NCBI GenBank assembly: GCA_051294375.1
Contig: CM119266.1
Location: 14,796,652-14,860,651 of the forward strand
Length of the DNA stretch: 64,000 bases
Source: Paraspadella gotoi
Lineage: Eukaryota > Animalia > Chaetognatha
Direction of reading: 5' to 3'
Shown: positions 27,016-42,095 of the stretch, piece by piece
Layout of the letters: every line of letters begins with the position of its first letter
How positions within the stretch are numbered: position 1 is the first letter of the stretch
Program-made: the position numbers and the translations under genes
The notes under the pieces: generated by a model
What the model saw: only the letters and a program-made list of their open reading frames with translations
The model's database searches: none
Told to the model about the DNA's origin: nothing

Positions 27016-27734
27016 CCACTGGGCCATCCAGATAGGATTTTATGAATATGGAATATTGGGAAATAGTAGACTGCCACGAAGAAAGAAAGAGAGGGGGGGG
27101 TTAAAGAATCAGGGCAAGCCAGACGATGTCGATGGAAGAAGACGAGAAATACAACCAACGACGAGGACGACGACGACGACGACGACGACGACCAAAGCCG
27201 TTTCCTCTCCAACGACGTCGGCGATAGTTACTGAGAATCAAAATGAGATACAGCCTTGATCGTCAGAGTTAATCGTTGGAACCATTAATGTTTTCCATCG
27301 TCATCGCGAGTATAACAGACTTTAAGCTTATAGCTAGAACCTTTTTTTTTCTTTCCTGAGTGGGTGTGGCGCCGCAGCCACTGTTTTCGCCGCCGTCGCC
27401 GCCGCTGCTGACGCGGTCGCCGCCGCCGCGGCTGAGGCTTAACGACGCGAGTCGATGCTTTGCATTTTTTTTTCGTTTTCTCCGCGAGCGAACGCGCGAA
27501 ATAAGCGCGGGGGATAGGATTTTTTTTTCTTACTACAACTTTGAAAATGTACGGACGAACTGAGGGACAGAATGGATGGACCGACGGTCGGACATCGGAC
27601 AATGAGAAGGAGTTCGTTATCGACGAATCGCTCGCTTTGACCGTTTGGAGGGAGAATATCGACGTTATGTCTTTCTTTTCCTCATGAAATTCGACTCTTT
27701 TTTGCTTCTTTCTCTTATACTATAAAAACATTAC

Positions 27735-27802
<68 letters not shown>
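27735..27802. repeat. (ATT)n microsatellite
   Basis: Over 20 perfect ATT units. Confidence 0.95.
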
Positions 27803-27803
<1 letters not shown>

Positions 27804-28261
27804 ATTACATTATTTTTTTCCATCTTCACTATCTTTTGGCTAAATATTTCGACTTCAATAGTAATAACTAAGATAATAATAATATAGTAATAAATAATCA
27901 TAGTAAAGAGTTATGCCTCTATTGAAATATAAAGATCTTTCCCTTTTTTTTCTCTCTTGTCCTACTGTATTAAAATAGCTTTTTTTTCTCATCTTATCTC
28001 ACCTTATTTTTTCCTCCCTTCTTTTGTCATTCTCTATTTATCTTCTAAGAAACAATTTCCTATTTTAATTCTTTCCTTTTTTCCTTTCTTTTGCCTCCTT
28101 TAGGACTCTTATATCTTCCTCTCTTTCTTTTCTCTTTCCTCCCTTTTCTCACTAGCTTTCTCCGCCAGGACTCCTTCATTCCACGTTTCCCAGTTTACCT
28201 TTATCGCCTCGCCTTCCGACGTCTTCCGTCCCACGGCCCCCACGCGTCAATTTCTTTTCGT

Positions 28262-28320
<59 letters not shown>

Positions 28321-30019
28321 CTTCTCTCCCCGCTCGATTCTCTTTCGATCGTTCCCTTTTCGGCCCCCTTCCTCCCTTCCTCCCTTCTGTTTTCCTTCTC
28401 TCCTTTTCTTTCTTCCTTCCATTCATCGTCATAATTCGTTCCACCACATTTTCTCTTCCTATTTTCTCATTCGTTTTCCTCCCTCTTTCTCTCCTATTTC
28501 TCATCGTCCCATCCCTCTGTACCCCTCCCTCATTTCTTTTCCACTTTCTATTCAACTCTCCCACCTCTCCCACCTCCCCAACCCTCATTCAGCCGCGGTG
28601 ATAATTCGTTCCACCACATTTCCCCCTTGAGTCAGTTTCGGTCTCTCCAGCGGCGATTTCTCATCGCGCCTTTGACGTCCCCGACTTCCGGTGACCTTCT
28701 CTACTTTCCACTCCTTTGCTTCTCTCCTTTCTTTCTTTTCCTTATTCCTTTTCAATCATTTCCTTTTTTTTTCCTTTCTCGTGGGTCTTATCATTCTCTC
28801 CTTTATTTTTATTTGTCTTTCTTCTCTCCCACTTTCTTTTTGATTCTAATCATTTTTCAACTTCGACTTTTAAATCGCTTTAATTTATAATCTGTTGCAC
28901 TTGCCCCGATTTTTGCATTTTTGTAATGGTCAGTTTTGACTTCGTCAAAATTCCGAAATAGTTTTAAATAGTTTAAATAATAGTTTTACTTAACCTAATA
29001 TCATTCTAAATAGATGTCAATGTTTTTACTCCTTTCCCCTTGTTTGTTTTCTTTCTATCTTGTATTACCATCTCTGTTTCTCCTTTCTTGTTTTCCTTTT
29101 TCCTTTTAATCTTCTTCTTCCCGCGGTTCGTTTTTCTTTCGTCTCGTTCTTCTTTGACTTTTCGTGACCTTCGCGCCGACGATATTTTAATGTAATGATA
29201 CTATGAGAGGGAGGAAGGAAAGAGAGAAAGAAAGTAAGAAAGAGGAAATAAAAAGAGAAGGAAAGAAATGTATGAACGAAAGTGTAACTTGATCTCAGTC
29301 TCGTTGAAATGTATATCTATAGTCGGTTATTTCACCAAAAATGAAATTAACGAATTGAAGCTCTATCCTCTTGGAACATACGATTTTAGTTCCCTAAAAT
29401 TTTTAGTTACAACTTCCGGAATTTATAGTTAATTTGAAAACTAAAAAGTAAAAACTATAAAAATAGAAAATATTTTAAGTGGTTTCCTAATCTTTGGAGT
29501 AAGTAGCGAATAGAAATGTTCGTATCCAGCCTAAGCGTGATTACCTTCTCATCCAATCACAAACTCGACCACAAACAATTCGAGGTTTTCTGCCAATTAG
29601 TTTTGTTTTGAAAAAAAAAAATAGAGAAGATTGTGAGAGAGTTTTTTCCCAGGAATTGCGCCGATGTCGTCGTCGTTGTCGTCGTCGATATTGTTGTCAC
29701 CTTCGTCATAATCATCGTCCTCACCTCCGAAAATTTAAAATCTTTAAAGTTTCTCTAAGAGAGAATTCTGCTTTTGAAAAACCGATAAAAAAAATATATA
29801 CGTATATTTTAACTAAATAAAATATATTTATAATTTTTGTCATCTTTTTGAACAGGTCAGATCTTCCAGAAAAGTAAATTCCAGCTTTTTGTTGGAGTAG
29901 AAAAGAAAAGAGGAAGAAAAAGAAAGAGAAAAAAAAATATAAAAAAAGAGAAAAAAGAAAGAAGATGAATTAGTGAATGTAATGATGTCGAGTCGACGGG
30001 GATCAAGGACGCGATGGAA

Positions 30020-30059
<40 letters not shown>

Positions 30060-30899
30060 AGACGAACAACTCATCCACAAAACATTAAGTTCAAAGTACC
30101 AACATCATTAGCGACATCTACACTACTTTGAGCACCAAAACAACGTCATCCTCGTTGTCGTCGTCTTTGTCATCGTCGTTGCCGACAATATATCTAAATA
30201 TACCACTATAGCCATCTCCGGTAGAAATATTACGTTCTATCTAATTCGCAGCAGCGTTTGTTTTATCATTTTATTAATGATTAAAAATTGTAATAGCTCT
30301 CTCTCTAACTCTCTCTCTCCCCCCTTCCTCCCTACGCCTCCATTTTTATTTTCTACATTTTCGTCACTCAGTTACTAATCCGGTAACAACATTTTAACAA
30401 TGAATCAGTGACTTTTTTTATCGTTAAACGAAGCTGCGAGACGCGAATGTATTTTTTTCTTTTCCGTCTTTATCTCGCATTTTTCTGCAGAATTGCGTTT
30501 GTTGCGCGAAACTAGCAACGCGTCTGTCGTCGACGTTGTTCATGTCGTCGGCAGCGTCGCCGTTTCATTGTTGTTTAGTAACCCGAAGTAGTTTGATAGT
30601 AAGTTGCGTACAAATATGAAAATAAAATAAAAATTATTTGGATATAAAAATATTTTAAATTTAACTTTGTCATTGAAATGAAATTAGCGAATTACACAGC
30701 TGGGTATTAATCAAGGATTACGACGATATAGAAATAAAAAGCGACTTGCATCATCGAAAAAGCTCCATATTTAAAATTTACGTTTTGAGAATTCCTTAAA
30801 GTATAGAACATTGAGACTCGGAACCTCACGCTCCTCAGCACTCGATATATGTTGAATCTCTTCGAGGGAACCTTAAATTCCTAATCAAGAAAAGGGGAA

Positions 30900-31335
30900 G
30901 GAGAGGAAAAAGTCTCAGTCATCGAATCGTAGCAAAGTCACGAAAACGTTTTATTTGATAGAAAGACTGCCTTTGTTTTTTCTACGATGCGAGAGAAATT
31001 AAATGAGATTCAAATATTTCGGGTTGCTCAAGATGGTGATCATTTGTTTAAAGTCAACACTTGGAGTAAAAATCTTTGAAATGTAGTGCACTCTATCGTC
31101 ACGACAATTAAAACAAAATGTCCGTTTTGGTAAATTTGCGAAATGTTTTGAAAAAATTTATTAAGATGATATGAAGTCCATTCGACGTCGACTAAATGAA
31201 GACAAAAAATAGTAACGTTAAAAAACAAAAACTGTTTATGAATAAAATTCTGTATCTATCAAGTCATTTTGCGCTGTTGAAGGCTAACAAATTAGCCGAA
31301 ACATGTACGGTTTCTTCTTTGAAAATAAAATTAAT
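30900..31335 (+). mobile_element. Penelope-like element 3' remnant with degenerate hammerhead motif (31271-31311)
   Basis: CTGTTGA-A-GGCTAA/TTAGCC-GAAACATGTA followed by AATAAA. Upstream QDGDHLFKVNTWSKNL* loosely resembles PLE ORF C-termini. Confidence 0.55.
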
Positions 31336-32314
31336 TCGTTGTCTGCAAAAAAAAAAAAAAAATTTCATTTGATTCTAGTATCTGTTCTAAAAAAATCACG
31401 TTAATGTAAATAAATAGGGAATTAAAACCGAACCGCAACAGATCCGCAACAGAACCACAACAGAACCACGACATAACCCTCAACCAATTAATTTTTCCCA
31501 TGATGACACCTTTTGCTCCGACGAGGTCAACGATCGAAAAAAAAAACCAATTTCCTAATGAATCGAGTATTTCGTGTTTGGTCTTAAATTTATCTAAATT
31601 AATTATTCCTGCAAAAAAGGAAATCCATTTTTCGGAGACTTCTTGGAATTTCCATGGAGTATCTGTTTAGAGATCTATTTTTATTCCTTTTCATCAATAT
31701 TTTTATTATTAAAAACCTGATTTTGATTAATAAAAATTGTTCGCAGGAAATCGTTCATGTCGGATTGCCAGAAAAATGGAATCTCATTTTGGGTTTTTCA
31801 TGACCCATGACCCAAGAGATGGTAGGGTTGGCTTAAATAAGGTCAGTGATGGGAAAAGAAAAAAATCGCGCAAAGACACGAAATGCTACATTCCAATCCA
31901 AAAAAAAGACGGAATTTTTGTTCCTTGTCTTTGAGAGTCTAATTTTTAAAGAAAGTGAAAATGTTAAGAAACAAGAAATAAACGTTTTCCTCGAGGTTTC
32001 ATTTTTTTTTGTTTTTTTTCTAATTTTATTTTGTATTGAAAACGTATGAAAAATTTTTTTGAACTTTTAAGTATTTTGTTTTGATTACCGACGGAAGCTT
32101 TAAAAGCTTCACTATCTTCTTGGCGATTTGCTCAAAACCCCAAAGAACATTTCATTAAATTAAGATTTCTCTATCACCTTAGTTTCTAATATTGTTTCGG
32201 TAAAACACGAAAATAATTTCGCTCCAAAACAAATCTCCGCATGGGCCACCTTTCGCTGGAAGGGTTCGTGCCATGCGATGACAATTTAGGCGCCCAGTTT
32301 CGGGTCTGGGTCAA

Positions 32315-32375
32315 TCAGAGCCAACCAATAAGAAGCCGAGTTTAACCTTATGTCGTAACGTTCAACCAATAGCGC
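32315..32375 (+). promoter_or_regulatory. Putative promoter: two CCAAT boxes (32325, 32366) upstream of the large gene
   Basis: Two AACCAAT motifs 41 bp apart in a CpG-richer patch ~550 bp before the ATG; possible 5'UTR donor aag|gttagt near 32593. Confidence 0.35.
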
Positions 32376-32900
32376 GTCGGAACCAAAAAATAAAAGTTCG
32401 TTCAATCGCGGAAACGCATCCGGGGTTTTTTTTTCGGGTCGGACGGACAGACGGACCAACGAATCGAGAACGGCGCGACGAAATAGAGAGATTAAAGATC
32501 GTAAAATGTTTGTCCGTCTTCTCTTCTTTCTCCGCGTTCGATTCCGACTTCCGCCTTAAAATAAAAAAAAAAAAAATTTTCCATTAATTAAAGGTTAGTT
32601 GTGTTTTTTTATTTGTTGTTAGATACGAAATTTTATTTATTTTTTATCCAGGAAAAACATTCTTTCGTTGAAAATGTTTGAAATCTATCAAAGCGAAACT
32701 TATATTTGACGCGATAAAGAGCGATATTCCATCACATACCATATTTGGATAAAATGGAAAAGGATTTATTCTTCCCCAGCGGCGGCGACTTTACTTGAAT
32801 TAATAACAAAGAAATTCGTCTTAAAAAGGAAATAAATTCTGCTTCTCCCCATTATCTCCATATCTTTATAACACGCGCACTCACACAAACACACACGACT

Positions 32901-33573
32901 ATGAGTGCCAATTCCCGTAAACGGCTCGTGTCGGCGCCGCGTCCCATGCAAGTTTCGCCGGCGCCCTCTGTTGACGCCGACAAAGTGACGTTGATGACAA
33001 GCGGTAGCGCCAAATCCACAGGAAAGACACCTAATGGCAATCCCGAACAACCCTCTTCAGTTGCCAACGGTGACGCCGTTAAAGGAGCTCCCACAGCCAA
33101 TGGCAACGCCGACAAAGACGCGACGTCAGCAAAGGGCAAACAAGCGACTGAAAATGGAACCGCCGGAAAATCGAGTCAAAACAGCGCCGGGGAGAAAAAG
33201 GTCGCGAACAATGACGCCCAGGGGCCGAGCGGCGCCAACGAAGCGATCGACGCCTCGATCGTCGCCGAGATTCGGCATCTTAGAAACTTTCTCATCGCCG
33301 TCGTCGTCCTCAACGTCGTCGTCGTCGTTCTCGTCATCGTCCTCGTCGTCTTGAACTTTGTCGGCGCAGCATCGACGACGCCGACGATGACAACTTCGCC
33401 AACGATGACAACTTCGCCAACGATGACAACTTCGTCAACGATGACGACCCCGGTGACTATGACGACGGCGGAGACTCTTTCCCCCGAGAAATTGTTAGCG
33501 CTGCTGACTGAGATCGACGCGGGCGTGGCGGAGAACAAGGCGGCGTTGAAGAACGCCTCCATCGCCGCCGAAG
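32901..33573 (+). CDS. Exon 1: polar cytoplasmic tail, signal-anchor TM helix, (PTMTTS)n Thr-rich spacer, start of coiled coil
   Basis: No N-terminal signal peptide; hydrophobic FLIAVVVLNVVVVVLVIVLVVLNFVGAA preceded by RHLR (positive-inside); donor AAG|gtgaga at 33573. Confidence 0.9.
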
Positions 33574-36500
33574 GTGAGAAAGTTTGAAGAAAGATCTTCG
33601 TGACAATCGATTGGCGCCTGTTGTGAGTCGATTAACGAATTTTCCCTTTTTAACATCACAGAAACAACGACAGAAATACTCAATTCACTCCTTACCTTTC
33701 AAAATGTTACGGTTCTTCATAATATTACCATGGATTTCACAGGTAAACGTGCCTTGAAATTTTTTAATCTAACGAATCAAAATAATTGATTTTAATAAAT
33801 TTATTTTTTTCCCTCTTTTTCTCGGTTGTAATTTCTTGAAGATCGATTACTTACATCCACCGGAGCCGAGCTTAAAAACGAATTGGCGCAAATACGTGAA
33901 TCTCAGGGTAAGTTGCCCCCTTAATATTAAAATATATTTGGTATAAATCAAACTTTCTTGAAATGAACACTGCTTCGTCTATAACAGTCACCTTTCAAAG
34001 ACGCATGAATCAATAACGCTTAAATGTAATCGTAATATTTACATACTAATTTCCTATTGCCACCAAAGCCCCAGAAGAGTTATAAAAAACTCCTTGTCGC
34101 AATAATTCATTTATTCTGAGATGTTCATAGGGGAAAAATGAGGGTTATATTTAAAAAGTAAAATATATATCAAAATTTAAAAATAAGTTGTCCAAATTAT
34201 GCAAGTTGACCAAATTGTGCAAGCTGACAAAATTATGCCTGTTGACCAAATTAAGCCTGTTGACCAAATTATGTCAGTTGACCAAATTTTGCAAGTTGAC
34301 CAAATTATGCAAGTTGGTATTGGCGCAGCTACTGGTAATCATTGATAGATTTTTTTATAGATTAATATATTTTTTCATAGATTTATTAAGAAGTATGTTA
34401 GTATTTGACTTGTTAATATCTGTAAAGATCACAAATGTAAAATTAGAAAGAATTATCGTGATTTTTCATCGGATTATCTTAATTATCGTAGGCAGATCAG
34501 ACGTTGCTCAAACCTATTTTTCTACCTTTCACCGTTCTCGCACTCTATGTACTTGAAGCTAGTGAAGTTGGAACTCCCCATTAAGCAAAGGGTCCACATA
34601 GGGTTTTAGGGACAAAAATAAAATACTAAAAATATATAGAAAATGAAGATAAATATGTTGAAATATTTTGAGGTTCTATTTTTCTACCATTCATTGTTTT
34701 GCCATTTCTGCAAATGATTATATTTTCAGGAAATATTTCTCATATACTTCGGTATGTTAATGCCATAATGTTGCAAAATATATTTCAAGAAATTTGTGGA
34801 AAAATTGAAAATCAAACAGTGGAAGCCTTAAACACTACTACCGTTTTAAAAAATTTAAATGGTAATAAGAATTATTCACAATATTAATTAAAATTTTTTG
34901 GGGGGTTTAAAAAACTTTTTTAAAAAATGTTTTATATATGTAAGTAAATTTAAAAAAAAAATTAATTGCTTTTTGTAAAATGTGTCCAACTAGAAAATTA
35001 TGAACGGCTTCTTTATAACTTGGAAAACATAACAATGAAGAATGAAGAAATGCAACAAGAAATACATAAATTATTACAATCATCCACGGGTAAGACACAT
35101 GAGATTAACATTGAGCTTTTCTGAATGATTATAGTGTAAAAACAACTTTAAAAAAAATTTCCTACAGATGCCTTTTCAAGTGATATAAATGAACTGAAAA
35201 ATATATCAGAATTCTACCTCTTTGAGTTTCAAAACAGCAACTCAAAAATAATTTCACTGTTTAAAGAACTGAGAGATTCTCAAGGTGAGAAAAAATTGCT
35301 GAATATTTAAAAAATTATCACATACAAAAATTTTAATAAAAACCCCAAGTTAATTATATAAAATTATAAAGCGAGTGGAGAAAAGGTTATCATTATCATT
35401 TATTAATTTTTAGTAGCTGAAGCACAAATAAAATTTATATCACAAATTTAAAAAAAAACAAAGGTAATTAAACATTATTGAATATAAATGTCCAAAGCAT
35501 GTCAAATTCATTTTCAATGATCCTTAGCAACGGGAGATAATAATAAAGAAAAATTTTAAATTACTGAAGAAATCCGTAACAAACTGTATACTATGGTAAT
35601 AAAATTGTATGAACTAATAATAAACAATAGTAAGTTAAGTAATTAAGTACAGTAATCATTGAAGGAAATAAAAAAAATGTTTTTGATTCAAAGCTTGATA
35701 ACTTGCTTCTTAAGGATGGTGAGCAATATTAATAGAAACCAAAAAGTAAATGAATATCATTTTATTTACATATTCCTCAGGAAATCATACTTTGCATTCG
35801 GAAATAATGGATTCTTTGGATCACATATTGAATAAGATAAATAGATTAGGTCAGACTTTCTTATTTGTTTCTTATTTATTTGGCTTAAAAAGTTATTAAT
35901 ACAGTGAAATTTTTTTAAACAGATAATCAAACATGGTATATTCAAATATCTACTAATGAAATACAGGATAAGTTGGATTTTATAGTTCCAAAATTGGATA
36001 AACTTATTTCTAATGATGGTAAATAATATTAATAAATATTCATAAAATATTTTATTCTAAAAAAATTGTATCCTTTAGGGAATAATACCTTGCATTTTCA
36101 ATTAATGGATTCAATATATCAAGTATCAAATAATGTTGTTAAGCTATCAGCCAATCAAGGTAACATTTTAAACTTTTATTTAATAATATATGCATTATTC
36201 AATATAATTCATTATAATTTATATATTATATATAATGAAATTGTTTTGTTCAGACAATAAAACGTGGGATATTCAAATGTCTACAACTAAAATACAGGAC
36301 AAATTGGATTTTTTAGTTCCAAAATTGGATAAACTTATTTCTAATGATGGTAAATAATATTAATAAATATTCATAATATTTTGTATTCTAAAAAATGTAT
36401 CTTTTAGGGAATAATACCTTGCATTTTCAAATAATGGATTCAATATATCAAGTATCAAATAATGTTGTTAAGCTATCAGCCAATCAAGGTAACATTTAAA

Positions 36501-39500
36501 ACTTTTATTTAATAATATATGTATTATGCAATAACTATTATGTTATATTTTTTTATTTCTTTAATATGATATAGTGAATCATTTTATTCCAAATAATCTT
36601 TAATTCATTTTTCCTTACAGAAAATATAACTTTAGACAATCAAAAATCAATGAAAGGAATTAAAGAAATATTGTATCTTTTTTGATCTAAAGCTTGATAA
36701 ATTGCTTCTCAATGATGGTGAGCAATTTTAATAGAAACAAGGAAAGCAAATAAATATTATTTCAATTTCAAATTCTTCAGGAAATTATACTTTGCATTTG
36801 GAATTAACGGATTCATTGTATCAAATATTGAATGGGATAAATAGATTATATGATAACCAAGGTCAGACCTTTCTATTTTTGTGTAACATAATACATTTTT
36901 TTGTTTGGTTTAAACCATATTAATATAATGAAATTGTTTTGTTCAGACAATAAAACGTGGGATATTCAAATGTCTACAACTAAAATACAGGACAAATTGG
37001 ATTTTATAGTCCAAAAATTGGATAAACTTATTTCTAATGATGGTAAATACTATTAATAAATATTCATAAAATTTTGTATTCTAAAAAATGTATCTTTTAG
37101 GGAATAATACCTTGCATTTTCAAATAATGGATTCAATATATCAAGTATCAAATAATGTTGTTAAGCTATCAGCCAATCAAGGTAACAGTTTAAACTTTTA
37201 TTTAATAATATATGCATTATGCAATAACTATTATGTTATAATTCTTTATTTCTTTAATATGATATAGTGAATCATTTTATTCAAATAATCTTTAATTCAT
37301 TTTTCCTTACAGAAAATATAACTTTAGACAATCAAAAATCAATAAAAGGAATTAAAGAAATATTGTATCTTTTTGATCCAAAGTTTGATAAATTGCTTCT
37401 CAATGATGGTGAGCAATTTTAATAGAAACAAGGAAAGAAAATAAATATTATTTCAATTTCAAATTCTTCAGGAAATTATACTTTGCATTTGGAATTAATG
37501 AATTCATTGTATCAAATATTGAATGGGATAAATAGATTATATGATAACCAAGGTCAGACCTTTCTTATTTTTGTGTAACATAATATATTTTTTTGTTTGG
37601 TTTATACCATATTAATATAATGAAATTGTTTTGTTCAGACAATAAAACGAGGGATATTCAAATGTCTACAACTAAAATACAGGACAAATTGGATTTTATA
37701 GTTCCAAAATTGGATAAACTTATTTCTAATGATGGTAAATAATATTAATAAATATTCAAAAAAATTTGTATTATAAAAAATTGTATCTTTTAGGGAATAA
37801 TACCTTGCATTTTCAAATAATGGATTCAATATATCAAGTATCAAATAATGTTGTTAAGCTATCAGCCAATCAAGGTAACATTTTAAACTTTTATTTAATA
37901 ATATATGCATTATGCAATAACTATTATGTTATAATTTTTTATTTCTTTAATATGATATAGTGATTCATTTTCTTCAAATAATCTTTAATTCATTTTCCTC
38001 ACAAAAAATATAACATTAGACAATCAAAAATCAATGAAATCCAGAACAAATTGAAACTAATTGTTTCAAAATTTGATGAGCTAATTTTTAAAGATGGTTA
38101 AAAATTATGCTAATACAATAAAAATGTAAAGCCTTTTTAAAAATAATATTTTTTTTGGCTTTTAGGAAATTATTCTATGCATTTGCAAGTGATGGATTCA
38201 ATATATCTCATATTAAAAAATATTGATAAACTATCAGGCAATCAAGGTCATACTTTTTAAATTAGTTTTTTCATGATTTATTTTTTAATATATTATAGAA
38301 ATATTGTTTATTCAGTATTTATAAACAACAAGTTTGAGCAAACAATGCCGGATCTGCCCACAATCTTTTGCGGTAATTAATTAATTAATTAATTAATTAA
38401 TACTTTGTTTAAACATTTTTGTAATTGGCCTTCAAAGCAAATATGGACGGATGGACGGACGGACGGGCAGACAGACGGACATCGTTTGTTTACATAATTT
38501 ATCATAATTCTATGTTCTGACATGATCTGGGTGTCTTACCGACAAGATTTTGGGGTAGGACCGAGGGACCGACAACGTGAATTATAGAGCCGAGATCTGC
38601 TGAAAGCTAGATATTACTTTTGAAGATTACCAATATTAATGAACAGCTTTATTATATATATATTTCTAAAAATGCTTAACTATATTGTTTAAACTCTAGC
38701 AAAAATACAGTTTATATAAAGTAGCAATGTGCTATTATGACTATGTTTTATTCCTTTACAGAAAACATCACAATAGATAATCAAAAATCAACAAAGGAAA
38801 TACAAAAACTATTGAATGATAATATTGATCTGAAGCTTGATAAAATCATTCTCAGTGTTGGTAAGATATTATTTAATAAAATTTAATGAAATAAGTTAAT
38901 AATTATTAAAAAAAATCTTNNNNNNNNNNTCGATAAAAATTAATGTTTCAGAAAACACAACATCCGAAAATAAACAAATTACTGATGAAATCTATAACAA
39001 ATTAAAAACTATGGTTTTAAAACTCGATGACCTAATTATCAATGATGGTAAGAAGAAGGGATTTACATGTAATCATAAAATTTGTGAATATTCTTCATCT
39101 TTTATAGGAAATAATACGTTTCATTTTCAATTATTGGATTCAATACTTGGAGTACGTAATGAAGTTATTCTATTATCAAAAAATCAAGGTTAGTTATTAG
39201 ATTAGAATTAATTCAAGGATAAGAGTATTCATAAAAAAAATTATCATGAAAACGCTAAGAAAACCTGCGCATTATAAAATTATTCTATCTTAAATGAACT
39301 TCAATTCATAAATAATGTATTCTGGGACTTTTTCCTAAGTTTTTTTTTTATTATTTATTTGTTTTTTGATTCTTGCCGCTTGATGCTTTACAGTTAACAG
39401 TCAGTCCCAAATGCCAATTATTAAGTTAAAATGTCGATTTACTATTACAAATACCACATCCTTACTAAATTGATACCTCTTGACTAAGAACTATAATAAT

Positions 39501-42058
39501 TATAACTATTAAACATAAATTACATATCTGCTTTCTTCTTTTTACAGAAAATATGACCATAGATTATATAAATCGAACCAATGAAATCCAAGAAAATTTG
39601 AATATTTTTAATCCAAAGCTTGACAAACTCATTTTCAATAATGGTAAGCTATTATACATAAAAAGTCTAAAAAAATTTATCACAAATTTATAATTTTATT
39701 TGCGATTAATATATCTAATATTAAGTTTCAAATGAAATTGATAACATATTATTTTATTATTTATATTAATATAATATAAATCACGGTCAGAATCCTTTAA
39801 AAAGAATTCTTTTTATAATTTAGCCATTAAAAATATTAAAGTTATTAAATATTTTTATATAGATAATAAAACATTCGAAAATCAAAAATCTACCATCAAA
39901 ATCCAGGAGAAATTAGATATAATTGCTCCAAAATTGGAAAACCTGATTCTTATTAATGGTAAGAAATAATGATTATTATTATGTTCATTTATTCCATAAA
40001 AAGTAATCCTTTTGAGATTTTTTTTCAGCAAATAACTCTTTGCAACTAATGGATTTAGTTTTGCAAATATTATATGATCTGGATAAATTATCATTATATC
40101 GAGGTTAGACCGTAAGACTGTTGGAATATGTGGAGCAATCTATGTAAAGTTATTATAAACAAAATTTCATAATTTTTTCAGAAAATACTACGATAAGTAA
40201 TCAAAAGACAATAAAAAAAATCGAAGAAAAACTTAATATTATTGATCCAAAGCTTGATAAACTAATTCTCAACGATGGTAAATAATGATAAACAAATAAA
40301 TGATGCCATACTTTCCAACAGTGCCCCTTTTCTGCTCTAGATTATATGATTTAAAATTTGGTGAGTGGTTAGAGTTGGATATTAGGTTGAAGATTTAAGG
40401 GATTAAGGGATTAGGTTTAAGGTTAGGATTTAGGGTTTTGAATTAGGGATTAGGTTAGGAGATCAGATTAATAATTTGGTCAAATGTTAGTATTAGATTT
40501 TTTTATTTTTGCTTCAGAAGACCAGACACTATAATTTAAGTTACAACAATAATAACTACTACAATAATAACAATCATAACCACTATAACTACTACCACAA
40601 CTACAATAATCACAAACCCAGCAAGAACAATAATTAGTATAGCATGATAAAATGAACAATTCATTTTTTAATACTTATTTTTACTCTTTTTTGCTTTTAT
40701 CTAAAACGTGTATAATGTAATAAAAATAATAACCATAATCACTACCACCACCATAATTACCCCAATAACCATACCTATTACAAACCATAACACCCTACAA
40801 AAAACTAATGAAACAATAACAAAAACCAGAAAAAATATAAAAATTATAACAATAACTACATTAACAATCGCACATTAACCACATCCACCTGAATAGCCAT
40901 AATCACAGTAACATTAATGACCCTACCAATAATAATAAAAAAACAATTACTAAACCTAAAATACAAATAATCAGTATAACGACAAAGAGTAAAAGCAAAA
41001 GCCACTATAATAGACCTATCATAATAACCATAACTACCTCAATGACCAAATAGATAATAACAACCACAACTGCTACAGACTTTAACCACCATAGTCACCA
41101 TACCTACTCTAACCATTACAACAAAAATAACTATTTCATCATTTGTAATCTTAATGTTAATAAAAAATATTGTTAGTCTTAACTTGATTAAGCATATGAT
41201 TATCAATTCTGACATTGTTTGCTCAAACTTGCTGGGTTAAATTTATGTTTAGGTAATAAAGAACAGGAATTGGGCACTTACAGAAAATATTACTATATTT
41301 TAAAAATAATTAAATTCCTTAGATAATATAACTTTGAATTTGCAACTACTGGATATAACAAACCAAGTATCAGAGAAGATTAACCAATTATCAGAAAACC
41401 AAGGTTAGAATTTTTAATGTTAATAATACAAATACTTTCGAATCTATTATAATCTTCAAGTGATTCAAATTATTTTTTTCAGAAAATAAAACATGGAATA
41501 TTCAAAAATCTGCAAATGAAATCCAAGATAAGTTAAATTTTATTCTTCCACAATTGGAAAAGCTTATGTTACTCAATGGTAAGGAATAATTGATAAATAA
41601 AACATATTAATAAAATATTATTTACATTTGTCATTTTTTTAGAAAATAATAGTTTGAATTTGGGATTAATGGAGTCAATAAATCAAGCATTAACGGTTAT
41701 TGATAAATTATCAGCAACTCAAGGTAAGACTTTGCTCTTATCATATGATAATGGTATGATAATTTTAAATCAGTCTTTCTTGGAAGACGTTTTTAATGTT
41801 TTTCTACAACGACTGTTATTTGTAAAAACGTACATGTTTCGGCCTACATACAAGCCTTCTTCAGCGTTAACAAATTATTTGTGAATTTTTAAATTGATTT
41901 GTGCAAAAGAAGAAGAGAGAGAGAGAGAAAGAGAGAAAAATAGAGAGAGAGGGCAAAGTTTCCAACACAGAGATGAGAAAAGAATAGTGGTCAGATGTGA
42001 GGACAGGTTAAGATAAGGACAGATTGAGTTAGATTGTGAAAAGAAATTAAATGGTGAA

Positions 42059-42095
<37 letters not shown>

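Noticed and set aside
34188-34556. ORF with KLTKLC Cys repeats
   Set aside because: Translation of an intronic 18-bp minisatellite.
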